A stretch of DNA of 64,000 bases from Acidiferrobacteraceae bacterium (GTDB lineage Bacteria > Pseudomonadota > Gammaproteobacteria > Arenicellales > UBA868), in assembly GCA_002726415.1 (NCBI GenBank), contig PBSU01000024.1, positions 26,921-90,920 on the forward strand, written 5' to 3'. Position numbers and translations under genes: made by a program. The number at the start of each line of letters is the position of its first letter. The first letter of the stretch is position 1. A model generated the notes under the pieces. It did not search any database and was not told where the DNA came from. It saw only the letters and a list, made by a program, of their open reading frames with translations. Shown here piece by piece: positions 36,499 to 47,296 of this stretch.

Positions 36499-37371
36499 TT
36501 ACCCGCGAGGTTCCCGTCTTAAGCGAACCGCGGAGTGCACCAGCAGCACACAGATCACGATCGTACCTCCCACTATGGTTCTCCACCCTGGGTTCTCACC
36601 GATCACCCACCACACCCATAGGGGCGCCAATACTGCCTCCAGCAAAGTCAGCATCGCGACCTCCGGTGCGGGCAGATACCGCGGACCCAAGGTCATCAAA
36701 ACCAGCGCCAGCGGCAAAACCAGGAGACCGCCCACCCCCAACCACAGCCACTGCATTGAATCCATCACCGGGAACAGCGCAAACGGGGCAGACAGAGCTG
36801 CCGCAAGAAGCAACCCCACTGCTGCGGCTGGCACCATATTGATTTCGCGGTGACCCCGAAGAATTGTGTACATCAATGCCAATAGCACTGCGTTGGCCAA
36901 CGCCAACGAGTCGCCATACCACTGAATCCCACCCAGACTACCACTCGCGACCATCATCAATCCAAATGCCGCGCCTAAGATCGCCCATCGTGTCGCCCTG
37001 ACGACTCGCTCGCCATAAAGGATTCTGGATAACACCGCCGCGATTAACGGGGTGCAGGCAAAAATGATGAGTACGTTAGCGACACTGGTATATGAAAAAG
37101 CGCAATAGAAAATGATAGAGCACGTGGCCTGCAGGCAAGCGACGAAAATACCCCAACGACCCAGCCTTCGGGCCGCCAACCAGAAGCCTCCGCGAACAAA
37201 GCACACGTAACCCAACAGGATCACGAATCCTCCTAAAAGCCCCCGTCCAAAGGTGAGGGTGAACGCGTCCACCGCCGTCAGCCGAATCAGCAAAGCGTCT
37301 GGGGTAAACACCAACACCCCGGCCAGCGTGAGCAAGAATCCCTTTCGATACTCCCCTTTCATGCCTAGCAA
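36499..37371 (-). CDS. DMT/EamA-family transporter
   Basis: About 10 TM segments; GPRYLPAPEV, LAPLWVW..GE.P. Confidence 0.85.
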   Translation of the reverse strand: MLGMKGEYRKGFLLTLAGVLVFTPDALLIRLTAVDAFTLTFGRGLLGGFVILLGYVCFVRGGFWLAARRLGRWGIFVACLQATCSIIFYCAFSYTSVANVLIIFACTPLIAAVLSRILYGERVVRATRWAILGAAFGLMMVASGSLGGIQWYGDSLALANAVLLALMYTILRGHREINMVPAAAVGLLLAAALSAPFALFPVMDSMQWLWLGVGGLLVLPLALVLMTLGPRYLPAPEVAMLTLLEAVLAPLWVWWVIGENPGWRTIVGGTIVICVLLVHSAVRLRREPRG

Positions 37372-37426
37372 TATCCGCTGAACTGACCTGGTGCGAGCCC
37401 GGTAGGCCCTTTTATCTCAGGGTGCT

Positions 37427-37942
37427 TCAGTTGTGCTCCTTTTGCTCACCGTCAATAAACGCTTCAATCGCCCCCGGGGGCAGCGCCCCTGCATGCACTG
37501 CTTTGAGTACACCCGCGGGGGCGTAGAGTAAAAACGTGGGTGTGCCCCGAAAGGCAAGACCGCTCTGGCGAGTGTAAAACTCGACCACGTCTTGCGCTTC
37601 GCCAATCAGGTTGGGGAAAGTGACTCCGTGCTCTTCAGTAAAAGCCCAGGCCTCCATTACGGCATCAGCGCCATCCAATGACAGACCCATTAATGCGAGA
37701 TTCCCGTCGCGGTGGCGTTCATGCAGTTGGGCCTGGCCTGCCATCTCCTTCGCACATACAGGGCAAAGGTGAGACCAGATCATCACCACCAGCCACCGAT
37801 CCTGGGGAATCTGATCGCTAAAATTGACGATCCGCCCTTCAAAGTCAGTGAATGATTCTGTGGCCCAAGCACAGGTACCACCCGCCACCAGGCTGATGAG
37901 CCCCGCGCTGGCGATAAGTGAGCAGGCGTTGCGCCGGTTCAT
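37427..37942 (-). CDS. Exported TlpA/ResA-like thioredoxin-fold protein
   Basis: N-terminal signal (MNRRNA...), WSHLCPVC, GTPTFLLY. Confidence 0.75.
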   Translation of the reverse strand: MNRRNACSLIASAGLISLVAGGTCAWATESFTDFEGRIVNFSDQIPQDRWLVVMIWSHLCPVCAKEMAGQAQLHERHRDGNLALMGLSLDGADAVMEAWAFTEEHGVTFPNLIGEAQDVVEFYTRQSGLAFRGTPTFLLYAPAGVLKAVHAGALPPGAIEAFIDGEQKEHN

Positions 37943-38856
37943 GATTTCCTTCCTAGCGGTTCAGGCGCTTTTCCATAACTGACCAGCAGGACGCCGCCCA
38001 CTACGAGCGCCATACCCACCACCGCCCTGGTATTGAGTGTTTCTCCAAACAGAGGCCACGCCATCAGTGCAGTAACCGGAGGAACCAGAAAGAACAGGCT
38101 GGCAACCCGCGTCGCCGCCTGCGCCCTAACCAGAAGCCAGAGCACGGTCATCGCCCCGAGCGACAAAACCACGACGAGCCAGGTGAGCGCAAAGATAAAC
38201 TCTCCTGTCCAGCGCACTTGAGCGCTCTCAAATACCAGGGCGAGCAGACCCATCATCACGGCCGCTGCCAGAAACTGTAAGAATGAACCACTTAACAAAT
38301 TCATCTCGCTACAGAAACGCTTCTGATAGAGCGTTCCAACACTCATTCCGATCACCGCAATAACGCACACCACCACACCCCCGGCCGAACTGTCGAAATG
38401 CCCAAAGTATCGAGAGGACACCAGCGCCACTCCAACCGTGCCCAGAATCAAACCTGCCCACTGGCGCAGCCGGACTGACTCCGACAGCATCGGCCCGACC
38501 AGCACCGCCGTAAGCATGGGCTGCATCCCTACGATCAAAGCACTGTCCCCAGCCGACACGCCCATACTGATCCCGGCGTAAATTCCACCCAGATAAACAC
38601 CGTGCACCAGCAAACCGGCAGTCATGATGTGCCAGACGCTGCGCCAATCTTTGGGTCGTGCAACACCGGCCAGAAGAGACAAGAGCCCCAGAATTGCGGC
38701 TACCAGCGCGAATCGAATTGCCAGAAAGGTCGCTGGCTCTGCGTAGGGCAAGCCCATTTTTGCCCCGATAAATCCGGTGCTCCATAACACGACGAACAGT
38801 GCTGGTGCGCCGGAGAAGAGCAAAGAGGTGCGGGGAGGAGTTGAATCCTGACTCAT
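37939..38856 (-). CDS. DMT/EamA-family transporter
   Basis: FVVLWSTGFIGAK, GTLYQKRF, SLFFLVPPVTA. Confidence 0.88.
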   Translation of the reverse strand: MSQDSTPPRTSLLFSGAPALFVVLWSTGFIGAKMGLPYAEPATFLAIRFALVAAILGLLSLLAGVARPKDWRSVWHIMTAGLLVHGVYLGGIYAGISMGVSAGDSALIVGMQPMLTAVLVGPMLSESVRLRQWAGLILGTVGVALVSSRYFGHFDSSAGGVVVCVIAVIGMSVGTLYQKRFCSEMNLLSGSFLQFLAAAVMMGLLALVFESAQVRWTGEFIFALTWLVVVLSLGAMTVLWLLVRAQAATRVASLFFLVPPVTALMAWPLFGETLNTRAVVGMALVVGGVLLVSYGKAPEPLGRKS

Positions 38857-38994
38857 TGATATCAGCTGGGGGTGTCAACATTGGAATTTGCGTAGTCTAG
38901 GCGATCGACCCAGTCTTGACTTACCAAGTCCCTGACTTGAGTTTCGCTCACTTCAGCCCTATCTAAGGGGTGACCCAGATTGGAGCGACCTTAG

Positions 38995-39864
38995 ATGAGT
39001 AACAACCCATTTGTCACGGTGGTCACCGCCGAGAACTTCCCACAAGAGGTCATCGCGCTTTCGGCATCAGTCCCGATTCTGGTGGATTTCTGGGCGGACT
39101 GGTGTGCCCCATGCAAAATGCTGATGCCCGTACTCGATAAGATTGCGCTGGAATACGATGGCAAGATCCGGGTGGCCAAAGTGGATACCGAGGCGGATCC
39201 CGAACTTGCTACTACCCACGCAATACGCAGCCTCCCCACAGTAAAGGTGTTCCGCCATGGGGTCGCGGTGGATGAATTTATGGGTGCGCTGCCCGAGCAG
39301 GCCGTGCGTGAAGTGGTAGAGCGTCATATTGAACGACCCGCAGATGCCCAGATCGCCCAGGCCCGGACCCTCGCAGCAGATGGCGACTCGGCTGGCGCGG
39401 CAACTCTACTGGCGAAAGCACTTGAGAATGACTCCGGTTATGTGCGCCTGCGCCTGGCCCTGGCTGGATACCAACTGGACTCGGGAGATCCCCAGAAGGC
39501 AAGCACCACCTTGCGTGAAATTCCCTTAGCGGCCGAACACGAACCCCAAATTAAGCGATTAAGGGCACGCATCGATCTCGCCTTGCGAACCGGCGCCGAC
39601 TGCGATCCCACTGAGTTAGCGAAAACCGTGGAGCGTAACCCGGACGATCTTACCGCCCGTACTCTCCTGGCCGAGTGTCTGATACAGCAGGGCGAGCAAA
39701 TGGAAACGGCGATGTCCGAACTACTCGAAGTCATCCGACGGGGTCGGGGGGATGACACTGCCGACCGCGCCCGCCAGACTCTGGTGCAGATCTTCGCCAG
39801 CCTGGGCGCGGAAGACGAGCGCGTCGGTCACTACCGGCGTTTGCTGGCACAGGCGCTCAACTGA
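38995..39864 (+). CDS. cnoX: Chaperedoxin CnoX/YbbN (thioredoxin + TPR)
   Basis: VDFWADWCAPCK, IRSLPTV, FMGALPE, TPR C-terminus ending YRRLLAQALN. Confidence 0.85.
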   Translation: MSNNPFVTVVTAENFPQEVIALSASVPILVDFWADWCAPCKMLMPVLDKIALEYDGKIRVAKVDTEADPELATTHAIRSLPTVKVFRHGVAVDEFMGALPEQAVREVVERHIERPADAQIAQARTLAADGDSAGAATLLAKALENDSGYVRLRLALAGYQLDSGDPQKASTTLREIPLAAEHEPQIKRLRARIDLALRTGADCDPTELAKTVERNPDDLTARTLLAECLIQQGEQMETAMSELLEVIRRGRGDDTADRARQTLVQIFASLGAEDERVGHYRRLLAQALN

Positions 39865-39883
39865 TACCCCGATTCCCCGTGGG

Positions 39884-40795
39884 TCAGCCCCGCGGATGAT
39901 GCGTGCTGTGCAACGACTGCAGCCTGGCCCTTGCCACGTGGGTATAGATTTGCGTGGTTGAAAGATCAGCATGGCCCAGCAACATCTGCACACTACGTAA
40001 ATCTGCGCCATGATTAATTAGGTGGGTGGCAAAGGCATGGCGCAGAGAATGGGGCGACAATTCTGCTCCCAGACCTGCCTGCAGGGCATAACGTTTGATC
40101 AGTTGCCAGAACGCCTGTCGTGTCATAGCGCTGCCGCGACGGGTTAGAAAGACCGCGTCGCTGATGCGATCTCGCAGAAGTTCGAGCCGGCCCTGATCGA
40201 GATACTCGCGCAACTGTTCCAGAGCTTCTTCGCCCAGTGGAACAATCCGCTCGCGCCCCCCTTTGCCGGTAATCCGCACCAACCCTGTTGTCAGGTCGAG
40301 CTCGTTTAATGAAAGCCCGACCAGTTCTGAAACCCGCAGGCCGCTGGCATACATAGTTTCCAGCATGGCTCGATCTCTTCTTCCGAGCGCGGTGTGAGTC
40401 GCAGGCATATCCAGTAACTTTTCGATACCCTCTTCCGTGATCGCGCGGGGCAGTGTCCGCCCGATCGCAGGCGAACGGACATCGGCAGTGGGATCAATCT
40501 GAATCAACCCCTCGCGAAGCAAGTAACGAAAGAAACGTCTTAGGGTTGAAAGGCGTCGCCCCGAGGACCTCGGGCTAAGACCTGCCCGCACATTGGCAGC
40601 GAGATATGCCAATAGATCTGCCCGACTCGCTTTCTCGAGGGTAAGTTTTCGCTTTATCAGCCACGCCTGGAATGCCCGCAGATCAGCACGATAGGCCGCC
40701 AGCGTGTTGGGACTGAGGCCCGCCTCAAGCCATACTGCATCCAGGAACTGGTCAAGCAGCGGTGAGTCCGGGACATCAGGCATGGAAACGGTCAC
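39884..40795 (-). CDS. xerD: Site-specific tyrosine recombinase XerD
   Basis: GLSPNTLAAYRADL, RDRAMLETMYASGLRVSELV, SPHSLRHAFATHL, LLGHADLSTTQIYTHV, HHPRG. Confidence 0.95.
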   Translation of the reverse strand: MTVSMPDVPDSPLLDQFLDAVWLEAGLSPNTLAAYRADLRAFQAWLIKRKLTLEKASRADLLAYLAANVRAGLSPRSSGRRLSTLRRFFRYLLREGLIQIDPTADVRSPAIGRTLPRAITEEGIEKLLDMPATHTALGRRDRAMLETMYASGLRVSELVGLSLNELDLTTGLVRITGKGGRERIVPLGEEALEQLREYLDQGRLELLRDRISDAVFLTRRGSAMTRQAFWQLIKRYALQAGLGAELSPHSLRHAFATHLINHGADLRSVQMLLGHADLSTTQIYTHVARARLQSLHSTHHPRG

Positions 40796-42774
40796 TCTAT
40801 GCGTAAACGACCTAACTGAATCTGCGCAAGCCGGTAACGAAGTTTGGCTTGCAACTTAGGATCTGAAGTGTCATTAAGCAGACGATGGTAAACCGTGCTG
40901 GCGTCGTCGAACAGCCCAGCTGATTCCAGCGCCTGGGCGGCCCGGTACAAAGCGCTCTGCGCCCACAGGGCGTCCTGTGCGCCTGACAGGTTCGCTGATT
41001 CAATAAAATAGGCAGCACCGCGAACAAAATCACCCAGTTCGATCCAGGACTGCGCTACCCAGTACACCAGTTCACGCTTATGGTCAGGGCTCTGGACCAA
41101 TGGGGCGGCCGCCGCAAAAAGATCCAACGCCAACTGGTGTTCCCCGAGGAACTGCAGATCAAACATGACCTGCATAACCTGATCAAGGCTGGCGGGTGCA
41201 ATCGAGTGCAAACGTGAGAGCCACAACTCCAATTCCGTAGCGCCGGCCTGGGCGTTGCCGCCTAGCACTTGAAGCCTTGCGGATCGCAAGACCCAGGCGC
41301 CCGGATTCACCCCGGCAACCGGTTGATTGATTAACGCCTGCATCCGGGCCGCGCCCGGAAAATCCGAATCGGCTAGCGCCTGATCCACCAATAACAGCAG
41401 GCTCTCGTCATCCAGGTCAGCATAACGACCCAGTTGACCGTTCTGGCCGAACAGCAGATTCACTAACGCGCCCCGCTCCTCCTCCAATAACCGGCGTACC
41501 AACCACGCGTAGGCCGCCACCTGATGCCGCGGCGCCAACCCCTGTTGTAGCAGATAAATACAAAGAGCCCGCTCTTCCGTAGCCCCAAGGTCTGTGCTTT
41601 GAATCAGCATCTCCCAAACCTCATCCGCTGTCTGTTCTGATAGCCCCCTTGTGTGAAGTATCTTGCGAGCAAATTCCTGATAAGCTTCTATTAATACTGC
41701 TTCGCCATTCACGTGCACTAAGGGATCTACCGCCACATCACTGGCAATCAGGTCTTCCACAGCCCGGGCGCGCAGCTCGGCGTACCGCGGACCGGACGCC
41801 ACTTGCACCAGCATAGCCTGACGTGTTGACGCCAGCACCGCATCATCTGCTGGGATCGACACCGATCCGAGCTGAATCAGGGCCAGCTCGACCGCCTCTG
41901 CGCCACTTTGCCACAGGGCATAGCTACGCCACAGTCGCGCCTCGGGTGTCTTAGCCTTCCATAACACGGAGGCGGCCTGTTCCGGTTGGCCCCGCGCCAG
42001 CGCGATCCGCGCTCTTAGTAACTGCCAGGACTCCGATTCGGGAGAAAATTCTGTCTCATACGACCGGGCCGCAACTTCAGCGTCTTCGAACCGGCCTTGC
42101 TGCTGATAGGTCTGAACGATACGGTAGCGAATCTGCTGCACGATGGTATCGTCCAGTCGGTCCTCACTCAGCAGGGCAAGATAAACCGACAATGCCTTGC
42201 TGGCGTCCCCTCGACGTTGCAGCAGATCGCCCAATTTGATTCCGATTTGAAGACGCAACTCTCCCTTCGCTGAAATGAATGCAGACGAAATCTCCGCCTT
42301 AAGGGTTTCCCAATGTCCCTGTGCTTCAAGCAGTTGCCAACGAACCTGTTGTCGGGCCTCGCTGGACTCCCCGTCCGCAAGGGGCAGCACCTCCAGCAGG
42401 TTCAATGCGAGCTCGTTCAGCCCCTGTTGCCTGATGCGCTCGAGGGCGGGCAGTGCCAGCGAAAGCGTGAACGGGGTTACGGTGCGCAGCGCCTCCCCCG
42501 TCGGAGAATCGGACTCTATTTGGGTGTTAGCGTCAGGCTCGATGTGGGTGCGAAATTCCAGATCAAGATCCAGATCCAGATCCAGATTTACGCTAAGGGA
42601 GGGGGAGTCGGTGGTGCCTGCTGGTGTCGAAACAGTACCTGTCTGTGCCGCCAGCGAAGCACTCAGTAGGAGACAAAGCAGCCCGACATGACGCGATACA
42701 ACGTGTCCTGAATTCACCATCACGCGAGGGCGCCAGCTCAAACAGCAAGAGATAATACGCGCTGGAAGTCTCAT
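40792..42774 (-). CDS. Exported TPR-like alpha-helical hypothetical protein
   Basis: Signal-like segment LLCLLLSASLAA; Ala/Leu-rich helical repeats with TPR-like patterns. Start uncertain (42720 plausible). Confidence 0.65.
   Translation of the reverse strand: MRLPARIISCCLSWRPRVMVNSGHVVSRHVGLLCLLLSASLAAQTGTVSTPAGTTDSPSLSVNLDLDLDLDLEFRTHIEPDANTQIESDSPTGEALRTVTPFTLSLALPALERIRQQGLNELALNLLEVLPLADGESSEARQQVRWQLLEAQGHWETLKAEISSAFISAKGELRLQIGIKLGDLLQRRGDASKALSVYLALLSEDRLDDTIVQQIRYRIVQTYQQQGRFEDAEVAARSYETEFSPESESWQLLRARIALARGQPEQAASVLWKAKTPEARLWRSYALWQSGAEAVELALIQLGSVSIPADDAVLASTRQAMLVQVASGPRYAELRARAVEDLIASDVAVDPLVHVNGEAVLIEAYQEFARKILHTRGLSEQTADEVWEMLIQSTDLGATEERALCIYLLQQGLAPRHQVAAYAWLVRRLLEEERGALVNLLFGQNGQLGRYADLDDESLLLLVDQALADSDFPGAARMQALINQPVAGVNPGAWVLRSARLQVLGGNAQAGATELELWLSRLHSIAPASLDQVMQVMFDLQFLGEHQLALDLFAAAAPLVQSPDHKRELVYWVAQSWIELGDFVRGAAYFIESANLSGAQDALWAQSALYRAAQALESAGLFDDASTVYHRLLNDTSDPKLQAKLRYRLAQIQLGRLRIE
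42557..42586. repeat. In-frame hexamer tandem repeat (TCCAGA)x5, one variant unit, encoding (LD)n
   Basis: tccaga tcaaga tccaga tccaga tccaga; protein reads NLDLDLDLDLE. Confidence 0.8.
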
Positions 42775-42840
42775 CCCGAACGGGGGTGTTTCCCCAAGCG
42801 TGGTCTGTGGTACGGCTGCGCGGGGCCGCCCCTCAAAAAC

Positions 42841-43188
42841 TCAGGAAATCTTCTCGCGAATTCGCGCTGATTTTCCGGTTCGGCCACGCAGGTAATACAA
42901 CTTGGCTCGCCTGACGGCGCCACGGCGTCGAACCTCGATCCCAGCTACCATCGGGCTGTGAGTCTGAAAGACCCGCTCAACCCCCTCACCGTAGGAAATC
43001 TTACGAACGGTAAACGACGAATTCAGGCCCCGATTCTTGCGGGCGATCACCACACCCTCAAACGCCTGTAGCCGTTCACGGGTACCTTCCTTTACCTTGA
43101 CTTGGACCCGAACGGTATCGCCGGGGCCAAAATCCGGCACGTCGCCCTTGATCTGTTCGCTTTCCAGTTGCTCAATGATGCTCGTCAT
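42841..43188 (-). CDS. rplS: 50S ribosomal protein L19
   Basis: [28 protein letters not shown]. Confidence 0.98.
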   Translation of the reverse strand: MTSIIEQLESEQIKGDVPDFGPGDTVRVQVKVKEGTRERLQAFEGVVIARKNRGLNSSFTVRKISYGEGVERVFQTHSPMVAGIEVRRRGAVRRAKLYYLRGRTGKSARIREKIS

Positions 43189-43934
43189 TCCGAACTCTCC
43201 TGTTCTTCGTATTGCTTCCTGAACGCCGCCAGTAACTGGCGTTCTTCCTCATTTAACTGCTTTTGCGCCAGCAGGTCTGGCCTTCGGAGCCATGTCTGCC
43301 CGAGGGCTTGTGTTAACCGCCAGCGTCGAATTTCCTCGTGATTTCCTGTTAATAGCGGCGCCGGTACCCTGGCACCTTCAAAATCTTCGGGCCGTGTGTA
43401 ATGCGGCCAATCCAGCATGTCGTCACTGAACGAATCCGCCTCTACCGAACCCGCGTTTCCCAGCACGCCGGGCAGGTATCTTACCAGCGCCTCAATTAGC
43501 ACCATGGCCGGCAGCTCGCCACCGGCCAACACGTAGTCGCCGATGGATACCTCTTCATCGACCTCCTTATCCAGCAGTCGCTGATCTATCCCCTCATAGC
43601 GCCCAGCCAGCAGCACCAGTGCGGGGGCGCCTGCAAGACTCCGGACCCGCTCCTGCGTCAACCGCGGGCCCTGGGGGCTCAGGCAGATTACCCGCCCGTG
43701 GCCCGACGACCGCGCCGCACGTATCGCAGCCGCCAGCGGTGGCGCCTGCATGACCATCCCGGGGCCCCCACCGTAAGGTCGCTCATCCACCCGCCGGTAA
43801 CGATCCTCACAAAAGTTGCGCGGATCCCACAATTCCAGTTGGAGCTTTTTGCGCTCCAACGCGATTCGGGTCATTCCGGACCCGCGTACCGCATCAAACA
43901 TCTGCGGGAAAATACTGACTACATCTATACGCAT
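43185..43934 (-). CDS. trmD: tRNA (guanine37-N1)-methyltransferase
   Basis: [37 protein letters not shown]. Confidence 0.97.
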   Translation of the reverse strand: MRIDVVSIFPQMFDAVRGSGMTRIALERKKLQLELWDPRNFCEDRYRRVDERPYGGGPGMVMQAPPLAAAIRAARSSGHGRVICLSPQGPRLTQERVRSLAGAPALVLLAGRYEGIDQRLLDKEVDEEVSIGDYVLAGGELPAMVLIEALVRYLPGVLGNAGSVEADSFSDDMLDWPHYTRPEDFEGARVPAPLLTGNHEEIRRWRLTQALGQTWLRRPDLLAQKQLNEEERQLLAAFRKQYEEQESSE

Positions 43935-43972
43935 AACTGTTGCATTCGAGCCCGGAGAAACTCATGCGCCCC

Positions 43973-44482
43973 TCAGAAATCCTTGTCCCAGTCGACTACC
44001 ATTCGACCGGTGTCCAGATCGACCTCCCGAACCGTCTCCGGCAGGTACGGAATCAGGCGCTCTCGTTCTCCGCTCAGTACCAACACATCATTTGCACCGG
44101 TCTCTATCAGGTGGTCCACCCGACCCAGCGGCTCACCCGCCAGGTTGACCACTTCCAGCCCCTCCAACTGGTACCAGTAATACTCGTCTTTTTCCGGTGC
44201 GGCTAGCCATTGCGGCCACACCGCAATGTCTACTCCGATCAGCGCCAGTGCCTGATCCCTATCCTCGCACCCTTCCAGTTGCGCGACCACACCCTTGCCG
44301 TGTCGCTGCCCCGCTATCAGGACGACCTCTTGCCAATTGGCACCGCGGCGCAACAGCCAGCGCGGATGCTCCAGAATCGAACCCCGTTCCCGGGAATAGT
44401 CAAAGACCCGGACCCAGCCCTTAACGCCGAAGACGCCACTGATCCGACCGAGAACCAGTGGCCGTGTTGCCTGCACTGGCAT
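43973..44482 (-). CDS. rimM: Ribosome maturation factor RimM
   Basis: GRISGVFGVKGWV, EYYWYQLEG, ETGANDVL, VDWDKDF. Confidence 0.96.
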   Translation of the reverse strand: MPVQATRPLVLGRISGVFGVKGWVRVFDYSRERGSILEHPRWLLRRGANWQEVVLIAGQRHGKGVVAQLEGCEDRDQALALIGVDIAVWPQWLAAPEKDEYYWYQLEGLEVVNLAGEPLGRVDHLIETGANDVLVLSGERERLIPYLPETVREVDLDTGRMVVDWDKDF

Positions 44483-44523
44483 TGTTTATCCCGCCGGTAG
44501 GATCGGGACGGCGCTGGAAGATC

Positions 44524-44775
44524 TCAGGCGGCCGGCGTATCCGGCTGCTTCAAAAAAGCGCTAACCCGCTCGGAGGGTTGGGCGCCGTGGCCTATCCAGT
44601 ACTGCGCTCTTTCGCGATCAAGTCGCAGTGTTTCTTCTCCCTTTGAAGCCATCGGGTTAAAAAACCCGATCCGCTCGATAAACCGACCCCGGGGTTGACG
44701 GCGCCGATCAGAAACCACGATGGAATAAAACGGCCGTTTTTTCGAGCCGCCACGGGCGAGCCGAATGGTCACCAT
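44524..44775 (-). CDS. rpsP: 30S ribosomal protein S16
   Basis: [29 protein letters not shown]. Confidence 0.98.
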   Translation of the reverse strand: MVTIRLARGGSKKRPFYSIVVSDRRRQPRGRFIERIGFFNPMASKGEETLRLDRERAQYWIGHGAQPSERVSAFLKQPDTPAA

Positions 44776-44858
44776 GTATCAAATCCTCTTAAAAAATACG
44801 CTAAACCAGTCAATTTTAACACAGGAAATCCCCGTCTTGAACAAGTTGTTGTGCCCGA

Positions 44859-46223
44859 TTAGGGGCCAAAGGAGTTGTCCCCGGGGAATCCACCCCCTTT
44901 CATCTGGCCCATTAACCGGTTTAGGCCCCCTTTTCCTTTCGCCTTCTTCATCATTTTCTGCATCTGCCCAAACTGCTTGAGCAGGCGGTTGACCTCCTGT
45001 ACCTGGGTGCCTGAGCCTTGTGCGATCCGGCGCTTGCGCGACCCCTTGATCACGGCTGGAAACGCACGCTCACCTGGGGTCATCGAATTGATAATCGCAA
45101 TCAGACGCCCGGTCTGGGCACCGCCGACCTGAGCTCGGGCCGCTGGCGGCAAGCCGGACATGCCCGGAAGTTTCTCCATCAGCCCCCCGAGTCCGCCCAT
45201 CTGTTCGACCTGATGTAATTGCGCGCGGAAATCGTCGAAATCAAAACCCTTGCCTTTTTTAAGCTTTCGCGCAATCTTTTGAGCTTGCTCGTGATCGACG
45301 CTACGCTGTACCTCTTCAACCAGGGTCACCACGTCGCCCATTCCCAGAATCCGGGACGCGACACGATCGGGGTGAAATGCCTCAAGCGCGTCACTTGCTT
45401 CGCCGATCCCGAGAAACTTGATAGGTTTCCCGGTCACTTCCCGGATCGACAGCGCCGCACCGCCACGGGCATCGCCATCTGTCTTGGTCAGAATCACCCC
45501 GGTGAGCGCAAGCGCTTCATCAAAAACACGCGCACTGTTCACGGCATCCTGGCCTGTCATGCTGTCTACCACAAACAGAGTTTCCACCGGGTTCAAAACA
45601 CCATGAAGCGTAGAGAGTTCAGACATCATTTCTGAATCCACGTGCAATCGCCCCGCGGTGTCGACAATCAACACATCGGCACCGCCAACACGGGCCTGAG
45701 TCAGGGCCTGTGCCGCTATTACTTCAGGCTCACTGCCTTCTGTCGAAAAGCCTACGCCTATCTGTTGCGCGAGTGCGCGCAGTTGGTCGATGGCAGCAGG
45801 GCGGTAGACATCGACACTGGTCAACATCACCTGCTTTTTTTCCCGCTCATGAAGCATCCGCGCGAGCTTTGCGGCCGTTGTGGTCTTGCCGGCACCCTGC
45901 AGCCCAGCGAGCAGTATTACTGCCGGGGGTCGGGCGGCAAGGTCCAGGCCTTCATTGCGCTCCCCCATCAGCGTGACCAGTTCATCGTGAACCACCTTGA
46001 TGACTGCCTGGCCCGGTGTCAGGCTTTTTAACACCGCCTCTCCCGCGGCCCGCTCCCGCACGCGATCCAGAAAAGTGCGGACCACAGGTAGTGCAACATC
46101 AGCCTCCAGAAGGGCAATACGCACCTCGCGCAGGGCGTCTCGAATGTTGTCCTCGCTGAGCCGCCCCCGTCCAGTCAGGCCCTTGAACGTGGTCTTTAAT
46201 TTGTCACCGAGTTGGGAGAACAT
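44859..46223 (-). CDS. ffh: Signal recognition particle protein
   Basis: ALLEADV, GLQGAGKTT, DTAGR, TKTDGDARGG, SMTPGER, M domain. Confidence 0.98.
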   Translation of the reverse strand: MFSQLGDKLKTTFKGLTGRGRLSEDNIRDALREVRIALLEADVALPVVRTFLDRVRERAAGEAVLKSLTPGQAVIKVVHDELVTLMGERNEGLDLAARPPAVILLAGLQGAGKTTTAAKLARMLHEREKKQVMLTSVDVYRPAAIDQLRALAQQIGVGFSTEGSEPEVIAAQALTQARVGGADVLIVDTAGRLHVDSEMMSELSTLHGVLNPVETLFVVDSMTGQDAVNSARVFDEALALTGVILTKTDGDARGGAALSIREVTGKPIKFLGIGEASDALEAFHPDRVASRILGMGDVVTLVEEVQRSVDHEQAQKIARKLKKGKGFDFDDFRAQLHQVEQMGGLGGLMEKLPGMSGLPPAARAQVGGAQTGRLIAIINSMTPGERAFPAVIKGSRKRRIAQGSGTQVQEVNRLLKQFGQMQKMMKKAKGKGGLNRLMGQMKGGGFPGDNSFGP

Positions 46224-46400
46224 GGTTTCCTTCTGGTATAAGCAAACTCGCCGTTAGCCGTCCCGCCGGATGCCAGGATAAACGCGCGCTTGTTTGGGAT
46301 AAAATCAGGCCAACATTGCCTTATCAGGACCTATTTTACACCGCGCGTCGACTATGCTTTTGCGAACCAGCGACATCCACACTCAAGACGGTCTCACCGC

Positions 46401-47210
46401 ATGACTGACATTTTCAGTTTCACCGGCGCCCTGTTCTACGTGGGTGCTACTGTGGCACTGCTGCGCCAAGGCGCAGCAGTGGATGGGCGGCCTGCTTCAC
46501 GCGGCTTCGATCTTCTGCTCGCTTACCCCGGTGCGATCGCCCACGGTCTGAGCCTGGCACCCGTGGTGTTATCCACCGAAGGGGTTAATCTGGCGCTGGG
46601 CACCACTTTATCCCTGATTGGGTTTGTGGTCGTAATCCTCTTCCTTCTGGCACGTTTGCTGCAGCCGATACAAGTCCTTGGCGCCCTGGTATTCCCCGCT
46701 GCAACCCTGGGTATCGCCATCGCCTGGCTTTTCCCCGGGGCGTCTTACGCGATACAGTTGCGAGGCCTGACAGGGCTGGCACATATTCTGGGTGCCGGCC
46801 TGGCCTATGCCTTGCTCAGCCTGGCACTGGCACAAGCACTGCTGTTGCGCGCCCAGGATCAAAGTCTCAAACAAAAACACGCCGGGGGCTTCTTTTCGAT
46901 GCTGCCGCCTATCCAAACGATGGAGAAAATTCTGTTTCAGCTGGTGTACGCCGGCTTCACGCTACTGAGCATTACCCTGATCAGCGGCGCGTTATCCTCC
47001 GGGAGAATGTTTGGGGATGTCTTTTTGTTTAATCATCACACGGTGCTGGCGCTGCTTGCCTGGGTGAGCCTGATTATTCTGATTGCCGGCCGACTGGTTT
47101 TTGGCTGGCGCGGGCGGATTGCGATCCTTTGGACGGGGACCGGTTTTGCCCTGTTGGCACTGGGGTACTTTGGCACCCGATTTGTGCTCGAGGTGATGCT
47201 AGGCTCATAG
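46401..47210 (+). CDS. ypjD: YpjD/CcsA-like cytochrome c assembly-family inner membrane protein
   Basis: LPPIQTMEKILF, HHTVL, GWRGR, LGYFGTRFVLE; divergent from ffh as in E. coli; start ATG 46401. Confidence 0.85.
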   Translation: MTDIFSFTGALFYVGATVALLRQGAAVDGRPASRGFDLLLAYPGAIAHGLSLAPVVLSTEGVNLALGTTLSLIGFVVVILFLLARLLQPIQVLGALVFPAATLGIAIAWLFPGASYAIQLRGLTGLAHILGAGLAYALLSLALAQALLLRAQDQSLKQKHAGGFFSMLPPIQTMEKILFQLVYAGFTLLSITLISGALSSGRMFGDVFLFNHHTVLALLAWVSLIILIAGRLVFGWRGRIAILWTGTGFALLALGYFGTRFVLEVMLGS

Positions 47211-47296
47211 CAGAACCCCAGAGGGGCCGGGGCTACTGTGTTTTTCTGGCCACCTAGATCATCAACACGCCGGGAGTCAGTCGTGCAGCTGGCGGG

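Noticed and set aside
39884-40795. XerD as the integrase of a mobile element
   Set aside because: Canonical chromosomal XerD (ends HHPRG) in a core-gene context, 30 kb from the tRNA islet.
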